From an uncultured bacterium (GTDB lineage Bacteria; Fidelibacterota; UBA2242; JAFGTP01): a DNA stretch of 64,000 bases. The notes below the pieces were generated by a model that saw only the letters and a program-made list of their open reading frames with translations, did no database searches and was not told the origin of the DNA. The stretch is from assembly GCA_964472715.1 (NCBI GenBank), contig CAYYMT010000002.1:2602-66601 (forward strand), read 5' to 3'. Below are positions 48,188 through 57,599 of the stretch, piece by piece. Each line of letters starts with the position of its first letter. Positions within the stretch are counted from its first letter, which is position 1. The position numbers and the translations under genes were made by a program.

Positions 48188-50008
48188 TTATTTTACCAAT
48201 ACCATTTTTCTGGTGGTCACCAATCCTGCATCAACAAACAACCGATAAAAATATATTCCACTGGAATATTGCGAGCCATTCCATTTTGAGGAATAATTAC
48301 CAGCAATTTGTAATTTATCTACCAGGGTATCAATCTTACGGCCGTTAAGATCAAAAACTGATAACTCAACAGCACCATTTTTCTTTAATGAATATTCGAT
48401 AGTTGTCTCGGGATTAAAAGGATTGGGATAATTCTGTTCCAATTGAAACTTTTCCGGTAATGCCGCCTCATCCCCGATAGTGGTTTCCGCTACCTGGACA
48501 ATTTCCAGGCCATGGAGAAAGGCAAAATCCTGTGTCGCAGAAAAATGAATATCAATGACACAATCATTCACTTCGATATTTTCCACCAGCAAATCATAAG
48601 CGGTGTGAATTCCGCCGGCTTCCTTAAACACATCCAGTCCTTTGACCACATAATCACCTTCAATATTGATATCAAAGACCCGTTGGTCACTGGCAGTAAA
48701 ATAATTCTCAGAAAACATCAGTTTCACAGTGTAAATGCCTTTTGGAACCCGTACCTTATACATTACAAAATCCCGTATTTCGGTACGATAAACAGCGTCC
48801 AATGTAGTATTAGCGATAGGTTGTGTAGTTGAGCCTTCAGCACCGGGCATATAGCCGTAATTCTTTTCGAAATCCCACTCCTGGCCTGCCAGAAAATCTC
48901 CGGTAGCATCACCACCGACATTGATCTTCAGCGGATAAACATACTGCGGTGGATTCACAATATTCAAAAATTTTGGCGCGGAAACATTGGGTGTGGCCGT
49001 GCTGTCCTCAATATTCGTTACCATAATATCATGGGCCACAGACATATCATAATCCTTTACCGAAAGAATGACATCCCGTTGATTCTCCTGTAATTCAATG
49101 GCTGTGATTTCACCACCATTGCGCAAAATATAATTAGCAGAATTTTCCGCGCTGGCTTTCAAAACCGGCTCGGAGAACTCAATCTGAATTTGATGTCCGT
49201 CATACCAGGCGCCCTGGGGAATGGGTGGATTTTTGTCCGTGTAACCGGTATTGGTTCCATCTGTCAGGCAAAGTACCAGGTTACCGTCCCGGAAAACTGC
49301 ATTGTCTTTTATGAAATCACAGTTATTTCCAACAAAGGTATGGGTCGCTTTTCCCCAGCGGTTTTGGTCCCAGCTGTCAAAGTCATCTTTCCACTGAAGC
49401 GTAAAATTATTGTCCGTTCCCACGTCCCCGCTACCCGGTGTGTGGGTGGCGTAACTGACGTAATCATAATAAGCGAATTTCGGTAATGTAGCCGGATCAA
49501 GGGTACCCACCCAGTTTTGATAGGCCGGGGGCCAGATATTCATCATGATCTTTTGGCCCCGGTCCAGGGCTTCGATATGCGCGCCGGTCTGACGGTGCAT
49601 TTCCACCCCGTCAATAAACCAGGCCACATATTCCGGCGTCCATTCAAAAGCATAAACATGGAAGTCATCCGCCGGATCAAAATCCACCTGTTGATGATAG
49701 ACATGGTTCTGCTGCCCCGGTGTAATGGGATTGAACTGGACATCATTGTCATAGCGGCCCAGGATTTCTATATCAATTTCATTCCAGGCGGCGGTGCCTT
49801 CCCCTCCCAATTCATGGTAAGTAAAAAAAGTCGATGTATGCCCGGGGCCGATGGAAGATCTGTAGCGCACTTCAAAGCGGCCATAGGTAAAGGTGTCATG
49901 GGTACGGTATTCCGCACCTTTGTAAGTTTTACCGAACGCAGTCCAGCAAAGTACTATCAAAGCCAATATTAGTTTCATGATTTTTTGCATATTACATTTC
50001 CTGTTCAT
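48188..50008 (-). CDS. GH16-family beta-glucanase (laminarinase/licheninase-like) with a T9SS C-terminal sorting domain
   Basis: A signal peptide and the GH16 catalytic motif EIDIE in a beta-jelly-roll region, a middle beta-rich region, and a C-terminal roughly 80-aa Por/T9SS domain (NYPNPFNPETTIEYSL...GIYFYRL). The likely true start is ATG at 49990 (MQKIMKL), which has an AGGAAA RBS. Confidence 0.8.
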   Translation of the reverse strand: MNRKCNMQKIMKLILALIVLCWTAFGKTYKGAEYRTHDTFTYGRFEVRYRSSIGPGHTSTFFTYHELGGEGTAAWNEIDIEILGRYDNDVQFNPITPGQQNHVYHQQVDFDPADDFHVYAFEWTPEYVAWFIDGVEMHRQTGAHIEALDRGQKIMMNIWPPAYQNWVGTLDPATLPKFAYYDYVSYATHTPGSGDVGTDNNFTLQWKDDFDSWDQNRWGKATHTFVGNNCDFIKDNAVFRDGNLVLCLTDGTNTGYTDKNPPIPQGAWYDGHQIQIEFSEPVLKASAENSANYILRNGGEITAIELQENQRDVILSVKDYDMSVAHDIMVTNIEDSTATPNVSAPKFLNIVNPPQYVYPLKINVGGDATGDFLAGQEWDFEKNYGYMPGAEGSTTQPIANTTLDAVYRTEIRDFVMYKVRVPKGIYTVKLMFSENYFTASDQRVFDINIEGDYVVKGLDVFKEAGGIHTAYDLLVENIEVNDCVIDIHFSATQDFAFLHGLEIVQVAETTIGDEAALPEKFQLEQNYPNPFNPETTIEYSLKKNGAVELSVFDLNGRKIDTLVDKLQIAGNYSSKWNGSQYSSGIYFYRLFVDAGLVTTRKMVLVK

Positions 50009-50028
50009 TTATAAAAAAATGTTTCTCT

Positions 50029-50073
50029 CCCGAAGATTTAACTCCGGAAGAGAAACAAAAAGAAGGAGACATT
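50029..50073 (-). terminator. Rho-independent terminator after the outer-membrane barrel gene
   Basis: On the minus strand, a GTTTCTCTTCCGG...CGGGAGAGAAAC stem is followed by ATTTTTTTAT. Confidence 0.6.
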
Positions 50074-50085
50074 CATATTTGAAAT

Positions 50086-51150
50086 TTACAGACTAATTCC
50101 AAATGTATAGACGTGTACATTTCCCAGCACACCGATATCCCTGTAAGCATAATCAATTTTTAGCGCTGTATTTTTCAGCATATTGATTTGCACACCGCCA
50201 CCGACAGTCATACCATAAATGGACTCATCCATAAACAGCCCTTTATAACCGGCGCGGGCAAAGAGACTGCCGGTGCCCGGAATTTTCAGTTCGTATTGTC
50301 CACCTATATTGATGGATTCACTGTTATTGTTGGGATGTAGCGCATCAGCAGATACTGTCAACGCATTATACCGATTATTGATAGGAATCCAGGAAACACC
50401 GATTCTGAAAATTAAAGGCAATTCCCATTCACTCATGCGAAATTGACCGGGAACATCTTTGAAATTTCCATTTTCATCGGGTGCGATGTCAATGGGATAA
50501 ACCAGATCAATGCCATCGTATTGCATTTTTGTTCCGTAGTTGGAAATGCTCATTCCGATTCGCAACCCGTCTTCCTGTCTGCCGGTTGTGGAGAAAAATC
50601 CCGTGGACACCAGGGCCCCCAGGTCAATCGCCATGGCGCTGGCTTTGGAATGCCATATCTGTGAGGAGACATATTTGGCATTCGCCCCAAAACTGAACCA
50701 TTGGGCCAATTTACGTGCAAATCCAAGACTGAAACTATACTCATTGGATGTAAATTTTTCCCCTGTACCTTCCTGCATGGATAAAGTGGTGACATCGATA
50801 TCCCCGTAATCAATATGATGTATTCCGCCTGAGACAGTGCCGACGCCGGGAATAATATAGGCGCCAACAAAGGCGGTTGTGTTGATATCCACCAGCCAGG
50901 GTTGCTGCATGAATAAAAATTCACCACCCTCCATATGGGCCAAACCCGCCGGATTCCAATAAAAGGATGATATCTGACCGGGAATAGCCACAAAAGCATC
51001 GCCCATGGCCATTCCGTCGCTGCCAATTCCTGTTTCCAAAAAATTGCATGCTGTGGTTCCCACTCTGTATGGCTTTTGCGCAAAAAGTGTCCCCAGCATT
51101 ATTGTGATCAGAATTAGCATCGTAACGGGTAATTTTATCTTATTTACCAT
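50086..51150 (-). CDS. Outer-membrane beta-barrel protein, possibly a PorV/PorQ/PorP-like T9SS-associated barrel
   Basis: Signal peptide (MVNKIKLPVTMLILITIMLGTLFAQ) and alternating amphipathic beta-strands with Gly/aromatic-rich turns throughout. It sits immediately downstream of a T9SS cargo gene. The start is trimmed to ATG at 51150. Confidence 0.5.
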   Translation of the reverse strand: MVNKIKLPVTMLILITIMLGTLFAQKPYRVGTTACNFLETGIGSDGMAMGDAFVAIPGQISSFYWNPAGLAHMEGGEFLFMQQPWLVDINTTAFVGAYIIPGVGTVSGGIHHIDYGDIDVTTLSMQEGTGEKFTSNEYSFSLGFARKLAQWFSFGANAKYVSSQIWHSKASAMAIDLGALVSTGFFSTTGRQEDGLRIGMSISNYGTKMQYDGIDLVYPIDIAPDENGNFKDVPGQFRMSEWELPLIFRIGVSWIPINNRYNALTVSADALHPNNNSESINIGGQYELKIPGTGSLFARAGYKGLFMDESIYGMTVGGGVQINMLKNTALKIDYAYRDIGVLGNVHVYTFGISL

Positions 51151-51199
51151 AATTGTCCTTATATTTGATAATTTTTTCATCTTACTCATATCCTGATCT

Positions 51200-54100
51200 C
51201 TATTTAATAATTGCAAATTTTCCCATTTTCTCATCACCGGTTAAATTCGACTTGACATGATAAATATACATACCGGCAGCTACTTCCAGGTCTTCACGGG
51301 ATTTCAGGTCCCAGTGCGCGGTTCCGTTGTCGGAAGTATTATTCACCTCAATTTCATCGATAAATACACCACTGACTGTAAATATCTTAATGGTACATTG
51401 GGACGGAATGTGGGTGAACATGATCCGTCTGCGTTGATTCAAAAACTCATTCAACACCGAAGTTTCCATTTTATTGGTAGCGATGTAAGGATTAGGCACC
51501 ACTTTGATATCTTTCATGGTTTCTTCCAGGTCTTCCGTATCAAGAGAGTCACTGGCATTGACTTTAAACAGGATTCGGTCATCTTTCCAATAGGGGCGTT
51601 GAAAAGAGAGATGATACTCATCACCGGATTTTGGTAAATAGTCGGGATTTCCATTGGCATATGAAAAATCAATGACCATCACCGTACCGGCCCAATCGCC
51701 GGTCGTGTCAATCACACCCAGAAAAACACGATCTTTTAACATATCGAATTTACCATTTTGATTGACATCCTGAACAACTGCGTCCAGTATTTCATAATTT
51801 CCATCATCATCAGTGACAGATTTGTTGATCGCTTTCAATGGCAGGTCCGCGTCATTGATCAGGTTACGGCGTACATTTTGATTATCTTCATTCCGTACAC
51901 GGCGGGCAATACCCCGGCCGGTATAGATCACTTCGGTGGTATCGCCAAAGAGAATATCATATTCCCACGGAAACGCATGGCCTTCCGGGGTGACAGCGAC
52001 TTTCATCATAGCTTCACCAACCACCCAGCCGCTATTGGCATAGTCGATGTCAGCCGTTACCACCGGCAAATCAACGTTTAAACGCAACCCGTCAAACACA
52101 TCGGTTTTAATGGTTTTATTTTGGTTGATATAATAGGCCTCCAATGAGTCGCTGTGCATTATATTGGTGCCGCTGTAATTATCCTTATTTTCCCTGTAGA
52201 TCACTGATTTTGTATCGGCATCACGAACAATAACCCCGCTGTTGGTATAGCGGATACCATATTCGTAATCGTCCACATTATCAACGGTATCTATTTCAAA
52301 AAGAACTTCATAGGTTCTGTCGGTATTCAGGGCCTTTTTACCCAGAATTTCCGGTGATATCTCACCGCTGCCGAAGATTTCTCCGGTTTCCAGCATTTCA
52401 ATATTTTCCGGCACATATCCGGCGGCCTGCTGATAGGGTTTGACGATCTGAACATTTTTACTCATGCCGGTGATTGATTCGGAAGCGTCCAGTTCAATGA
52501 TAATATTGTTTTCAGAAGGCGCGATACCGGGGCCAATATGTTCGGCGCCATAGTCATAGGCCACAAGAGCATAATAATAGGTTCGTCCGTTTTCAACATT
52601 TTCATCGATGAAATAATGCCGAATACCTGAATCAGAACCGAGATAATATCCCATACCATTGACAAGGCCGAAGTTTGTAAACCCGGTTTTCAGGTCCTTT
52701 ACGTCACACTGGAAAATCGGTTTTTTGAATACTTTGTCACCATAACCGTCGGTAATGACTTCGGCGTCCTGCATCTTTTTATCTGTAGCGCGGTAGAGTT
52801 TATATCCCTCGAAATCATTAATATTACCCAGGAAAGGATCACGGGTTTTGGTATCCGCCATATCATCCCAGGTGAGGATCACTTTGCCATCTCCCGGTGT
52901 TGCAGTCAGCGTCGGCATATGGGGGGGCTGGGCAAATCTGTAGTCCTTTTCATAGATCACCTGGACAATGCGTTTCTTTTCGAATAAGGATGGCGCGACA
53001 AAACCATTTTCTTCCGTTAACCCTTCCAGGGGATCATAAGCGAATAACATAGCCATGGAAATACGTTCTGTTCTGCCGGCAGGAAGTGTAAAAGGGCCGG
53101 AAGCAAAGGTTTCGATCAGGTTGGAGCGGTCAGCAAAGTGGGTCTGCAATGTATCACCGCCGATCAATTCCCACATAGACTTATCATTTCTGAACCAATT
53201 TGTATAGGGCGGATTGTGGCTGGGGACACGGAAGAGCCTAAAAGTCGTTAATCCGATCATATCAGATTCGCTGACATCGGTGGCCGCGAAATTGGGTTCA
53301 CAACCAACACCTTCGACATAATCAGGTTTGTGGTTACACTCTCCCTCATCAGGGCCGGGATAATTCAGGTCATCAGGGCCGAGACCGTCAAGGCCCACAT
53401 CATCACCCGGATTTTCACCCGGATCATAAACCCCGTTGCCATTCAGGTCTTCGCCATCCATCCAGTCCTGATCTTCATCGCCGGACCAGTGATCTTTCAG
53501 GTCTTCTTCTTTCAGGTTGTAAAAGGCCAGAAATTTTTGCAGGTCAGCAATCCCATCATAAGGGCCCACCAGACTTCCGGCAGGATTATCACGCTTTTCA
53601 TCAATCAGGCCATCATCATCATTATCCAGCATATCATTGGGTTTTCCCGGGCTTTCCAGGTATGCAAATCCCATCAAACCGGTGGGTAATCCACCTGAAC
53701 CAACGCCATCAATGTCCCATGAATACGAAAGGTTCAGCAGTTTGTCAAAAAAACCAATATCATCTTCTGGAGCGTTGCCGCCGATGGCATTATCCACCCA
53801 ATACCCAAAAGCCACATCTTTGACTGTGTAATCCGAGATGTTGGCAATATTGTATTCCCAGAAAATCGCATCTCTGGCCTGCGGATTATTCCATTGAAAC
53901 CCCCGTTGTTCCACACGGATGCCAATACCTCCCCAGGGAGCGCCTCTTTGTTTTGTGACTTTATGGCCAAAACGGGGATGGTCACCAATAAAAACGCCGG
54001 GACGGGGATAATAACGGGAAGTACCCTCGGGTCGTAAGATATATTCCTGATCCTGGGCATCATTGGTAACAAAAAAGGTCTCCAGGTCGGCATATTTTAC

Positions 54101-54670
54101 GCCCCGGCCAAACCGGCCATTCCATTCGCCGGCCCATTTCAAAGGACCGTGATTACTGGAAGGCCACCCTGCAACAGGCCATGAATCTTCACGATTACTC
54201 ATTGCCGGATTTTCACTAAGTTCATTAAAATAACCAAAAGCTGGATAGAGCGCCCATTCCACCTGACCGGTGGGGTCCACATCCATTTCTTCCCTGTAAC
54301 TCGTTTGTAAAAAATGTAAGGTATCGATCATTCCCTGTGCAGACAATGTCAGCAGCTCGGCCGGATCAGTGACAGGTATTGAGTCACCTTTCATAACATA
54401 AACCCTGGCCCCGATCATCAGGCCGACACCATCAGTCATGCTGACGCCATTATAATTGTCCGGCCAACGGGACGGGTTTGGTGTATTGTCATAATCAGAT
54501 AGTTCGGAGGTATTGCGAAAAAAGAGGTGGACCCTGTTTCCGGTCATTCGGCCCTCGCGCTCGGCAGCCGGATCACCGGCCGGATCTGAAGGCCCCTCAT
54601 AAATTTTCGCCTGACCAAACAGACTGACGCTGAGCAGAACAGTAAAAATCAATATTATGCTTTTTCTCAT
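51200..54670 (-). CDS. Large secreted T9SS cargo protein of unknown function with acidic Ca-binding-like repeats
   Basis: About 1156 aa with a signal peptide (MRKSIILIFTVLLSVSLFGQA) and Asp-rich D-x-D-x-D-G loops (DNDDDGLIDEKRDNP, DLNGNGVYDPGENPGDD). The C-terminal T9SS sorting domain reads KVVPNPY...GMYIYHVKS. The start is trimmed to ATG at 54670, which has a GGGGAG RBS. Confidence 0.7.
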   Translation of the reverse strand: MRKSIILIFTVLLSVSLFGQAKIYEGPSDPAGDPAAEREGRMTGNRVHLFFRNTSELSDYDNTPNPSRWPDNYNGVSMTDGVGLMIGARVYVMKGDSIPVTDPAELLTLSAQGMIDTLHFLQTSYREEMDVDPTGQVEWALYPAFGYFNELSENPAMSNREDSWPVAGWPSSNHGPLKWAGEWNGRFGRGVKYADLETFFVTNDAQDQEYILRPEGTSRYYPRPGVFIGDHPRFGHKVTKQRGAPWGGIGIRVEQRGFQWNNPQARDAIFWEYNIANISDYTVKDVAFGYWVDNAIGGNAPEDDIGFFDKLLNLSYSWDIDGVGSGGLPTGLMGFAYLESPGKPNDMLDNDDDGLIDEKRDNPAGSLVGPYDGIADLQKFLAFYNLKEEDLKDHWSGDEDQDWMDGEDLNGNGVYDPGENPGDDVGLDGLGPDDLNYPGPDEGECNHKPDYVEGVGCEPNFAATDVSESDMIGLTTFRLFRVPSHNPPYTNWFRNDKSMWELIGGDTLQTHFADRSNLIETFASGPFTLPAGRTERISMAMLFAYDPLEGLTEENGFVAPSLFEKKRIVQVIYEKDYRFAQPPHMPTLTATPGDGKVILTWDDMADTKTRDPFLGNINDFEGYKLYRATDKKMQDAEVITDGYGDKVFKKPIFQCDVKDLKTGFTNFGLVNGMGYYLGSDSGIRHYFIDENVENGRTYYYALVAYDYGAEHIGPGIAPSENNIIIELDASESITGMSKNVQIVKPYQQAAGYVPENIEMLETGEIFGSGEISPEILGKKALNTDRTYEVLFEIDTVDNVDDYEYGIRYTNSGVIVRDADTKSVIYRENKDNYSGTNIMHSDSLEAYYINQNKTIKTDVFDGLRLNVDLPVVTADIDYANSGWVVGEAMMKVAVTPEGHAFPWEYDILFGDTTEVIYTGRGIARRVRNEDNQNVRRNLINDADLPLKAINKSVTDDDGNYEILDAVVQDVNQNGKFDMLKDRVFLGVIDTTGDWAGTVMVIDFSYANGNPDYLPKSGDEYHLSFQRPYWKDDRILFKVNASDSLDTEDLEETMKDIKVVPNPYIATNKMETSVLNEFLNQRRRIMFTHIPSQCTIKIFTVSGVFIDEIEVNNTSDNGTAHWDLKSREDLEVAAGMYIYHVKSNLTGDEKMGKFAIIK

Positions 54671-54726
54671 ATTTATTTTATCTCCCCGGGTATTAGTTTT
54701 TTTTAATTGCTTCATTTTTTTCTCCG

Positions 54727-57522
54727 TTAAAAATTAATACCCATTCCTAGTTTTATAGTACGCGGCGCTGAATACATAGCTGGATTCTGATATGTATCTT
54801 TATATTCATTGAAATTACTTCTGTGGGTAAGCAGATCACTTTCCCGGACGATGGCGGTGTAAGCGCGTCCCGTTGTCGGGTTGACCCAGTTTTCATTTAA
54901 TCTGTCCATCAGGTTATAAATTGACAATGTGAATCTGAGACTGATGTTGTCGCTGATCTGCAAATTATAGTAGCCATTAAAATCAACCGACGTGCCGCTG
55001 GGCTGCCAGGCATTATTGTTATATAAATTCACCCGGGATAAGACACTTTCTTCAATCGGCGCCCAGGTATAGGGTGTTCCGGAATTGTAATAAGCGATCA
55101 TTGTACCGCCAAATTTCGGCGTATTATATCCCAGTGAAAGATTGAAAGTATGGCGCTGGTCCCAATTCATCGGGATCATAACCGGAATCGGATCCATATT
55201 ATTCCCGGCGCGGGTAAAGGTTTGTGTGGGATTATCAGCCACACCCCGTGTATACTGCAAAGTATAATTTATCATTGCCGAGACATGGTTCCAGAAAAAA
55301 TTATATTTTAATTCCAGTCCACGGACATTACCATAATCTTTATTGGTGTATAGTCCGTATTGAATCTGGTTGTAGGTGGAGACCACTTTGGTACTTAACA
55401 GGTCATAAATATCACGATAAAACAGCGCCACATCAACATCCATATAGTCATTGAGTTGCTGCCACAATCCCACTTCATACTGAACCGTTTTTTCAGCTTT
55501 CAGATTGGGATTACCCAGAATGGTCCCAAAATCATTGGGCGGGATCAGAAAACTGTGGTTCTGAAACATGGATTCCATTTGCGGATTCTGGAAAAAATGG
55601 CCGTAACTAAAGTGTAATACGGCGGTGCTGGCCAATGTATAGGAAAGCCCCAGCCGCGGACTGAACTGCGCCTTGACATCAGCATCAACATAATCGGACA
55701 TTCTTTCGGGATCAGGAATTTCATTACCATTTTCATCCAGCATAGGATTTCCATTGTCATCAACCAGGGGGAAAAAGATAGAATTATCAGGATTCCGCCA
55801 CTGGCTTGGCACCTTGGTGGCCGGATCAAAATAATCATAACGCAAGCCGATATTCATAACCAGGTCACCAAAACTGATCTCATCCTGCAGATAGGCTGAA
55901 AACTCCTGCGGTTTGACTTGATAGATATCGGAATAAACAGTTGAATCCGGGAGAGTTATCGGCGCGTAACTGGAATCATATTTCACTTTTAAAGTACCAT
56001 CATCCAGGGTGGTCCAATAAAATTCACCCTCTTTGTCTGTATTGCGAAATTTATTTAACACTGTCCGGTATTTATTATCCAAATCGTGCTGAACCAGTTG
56101 AAATCCGGTCTTGAATTTGTGGTGTTTGGTCACTTGCCAGGTGGCATCAAATTTCAAATTATCCTGGGCCATAGTTCTCATGGTATGGCCTTTCTGCTGC
56201 CCGCCGGTATAAAATCCGGGGCCGTAATTGGTCAGATATATATCATGGACATAGCGGTCATCATGGGGATCTTCAAAAACATACCAGCCAAAATCATTGA
56301 CCATGCGCTGATATTTCATTTCATAAAAAAATCTTTCCGATAGGGATTGATTCAGGGAAAAGGCCAGCATATTGGAATTACGATGGGCCGTTCCCATTCC
56401 ATCGGGATTATATTTAAAGGCGTGATCATAACTATTCCATTCATCAATATTTAATGTGTAGAGCATGGAAATATTGAGCCTTTCAAACAGCCGTGTCGAA
56501 ACCTTGGCCATCACGGACTGCATAATATCCCGGTCCATGGGTACATAAGCGCTGTCACCGGTCTGTTCGGTATACCACATAGATTCATTTTCACCACTGT
56601 AATCGCTCAGGTTATCCACATCAAACCGGCGTATGCCATTCAAGTAGTTTTTATTATCCCGGTATCTGTAATTAACAAAAAAGTGTAAATGATCTTTGAC
56701 AATCGGCCCGCTGAGATTGATTTTAAAATCCTTGTTGCGGTCAACTTCCGCCGGATCCAGTCCTATGAAAATATGGTCATTGGCTGTAAAGTAATTTGAT
56801 AATGCTCCGGAGAAACCACCGTGAAATTCATTTGACCCGGACTTGGTAACAGCATTCACAATACCGCTCATAGCTTTTCCGTATTCAGCATTAAAGGTTC
56901 CGGTGATCACTTCCAGATCGGAAATGGCTTCCTTTTCCACTTCCACAGCGCGCCCGGCGCCACCAAAAGAATCGTCAACCTGCATTCCATCGATCATATA
57001 TGACACTTCTGTTGTGCGGCCGCCGCGAAAATGGCCATTGACCACACCGGCCTGCATGGATACAATACTACCAATGTCCTCGACGGGTAATAACTCCATA
57101 ACTTCAGAACTGACATTTTTCACTGTCGAAGTCTGATCCCGTTTGGTTGTGATCTTATCGGCCTGGACAATAACCGCTTCGCCTTCCAGCATACCCTGGG
57201 TTAGATCGAAATTTACATAAGAGGTTCGGTTTACAGAGACACGTACATCTTCTATGATCATGGGCTCATACCCAATCATAGATGCTTTGATATCGTAATT
57301 TCCAGGTCTGAGGTTGATGATATAGTAATCCCCGTTCATATCAGTAGCAGCGCCAACATTCTCTTCCATTATGATTATATTGGTACCGATGAGCGGCTCG
57401 CCGGTTTTTTTATCAACAACTTTCCCGGAAATTTTTCCCGTGGTCTGGCCAAACAAAAGACCCGCCTGGAAAATCAGTATCATCAATATTAGGAACAATT
57501 TATAATTGTTTGATTTAGACAT
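54727..57522 (-). CDS. TonB-dependent outer-membrane receptor with an N-terminal carboxypeptidase-regulatory-like domain (SusC/RagA-like layout)
   Basis: 931 aa with a signal peptide and a CarbopepD_reg-like domain (GKISGKVVDKKTGEPLIGTNI...GNYDIKASMIGYEP), then a plug, a 22-strand barrel and a terminal aromatic residue (GMGINF). Confidence 0.85.
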   Translation of the reverse strand: MSKSNNYKLFLILMILIFQAGLLFGQTTGKISGKVVDKKTGEPLIGTNIIIMEENVGAATDMNGDYYIINLRPGNYDIKASMIGYEPMIIEDVRVSVNRTSYVNFDLTQGMLEGEAVIVQADKITTKRDQTSTVKNVSSEVMELLPVEDIGSIVSMQAGVVNGHFRGGRTTEVSYMIDGMQVDDSFGGAGRAVEVEKEAISDLEVITGTFNAEYGKAMSGIVNAVTKSGSNEFHGGFSGALSNYFTANDHIFIGLDPAEVDRNKDFKINLSGPIVKDHLHFFVNYRYRDNKNYLNGIRRFDVDNLSDYSGENESMWYTEQTGDSAYVPMDRDIMQSVMAKVSTRLFERLNISMLYTLNIDEWNSYDHAFKYNPDGMGTAHRNSNMLAFSLNQSLSERFFYEMKYQRMVNDFGWYVFEDPHDDRYVHDIYLTNYGPGFYTGGQQKGHTMRTMAQDNLKFDATWQVTKHHKFKTGFQLVQHDLDNKYRTVLNKFRNTDKEGEFYWTTLDDGTLKVKYDSSYAPITLPDSTVYSDIYQVKPQEFSAYLQDEISFGDLVMNIGLRYDYFDPATKVPSQWRNPDNSIFFPLVDDNGNPMLDENGNEIPDPERMSDYVDADVKAQFSPRLGLSYTLASTAVLHFSYGHFFQNPQMESMFQNHSFLIPPNDFGTILGNPNLKAEKTVQYEVGLWQQLNDYMDVDVALFYRDIYDLLSTKVVSTYNQIQYGLYTNKDYGNVRGLELKYNFFWNHVSAMINYTLQYTRGVADNPTQTFTRAGNNMDPIPVMIPMNWDQRHTFNLSLGYNTPKFGGTMIAYYNSGTPYTWAPIEESVLSRVNLYNNNAWQPSGTSVDFNGYYNLQISDNISLRFTLSIYNLMDRLNENWVNPTTGRAYTAIVRESDLLTHRSNFNEYKDTYQNPAMYSAPRTIKLGMGINF

Positions 57523-57546
57523 AAAAATTCCTTTTAGAATCCTTAA

Positions 57547-57589
57547 TTAAAAAAGTTGAGAGAGTCATTTTTGTATAACTCTCTCAACT
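57547..57589 (-). terminator. Hairpin terminator or attenuator between a T9SS cargo gene and the TonB receptor gene
   Basis: On the minus strand, a perfect 10-bp GTTGAGAGAG...CTCTCTCAAC stem is followed by TTTTTTAATT. Confidence 0.55.
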
Positions 57590-57599
57590 GTAATTGTAT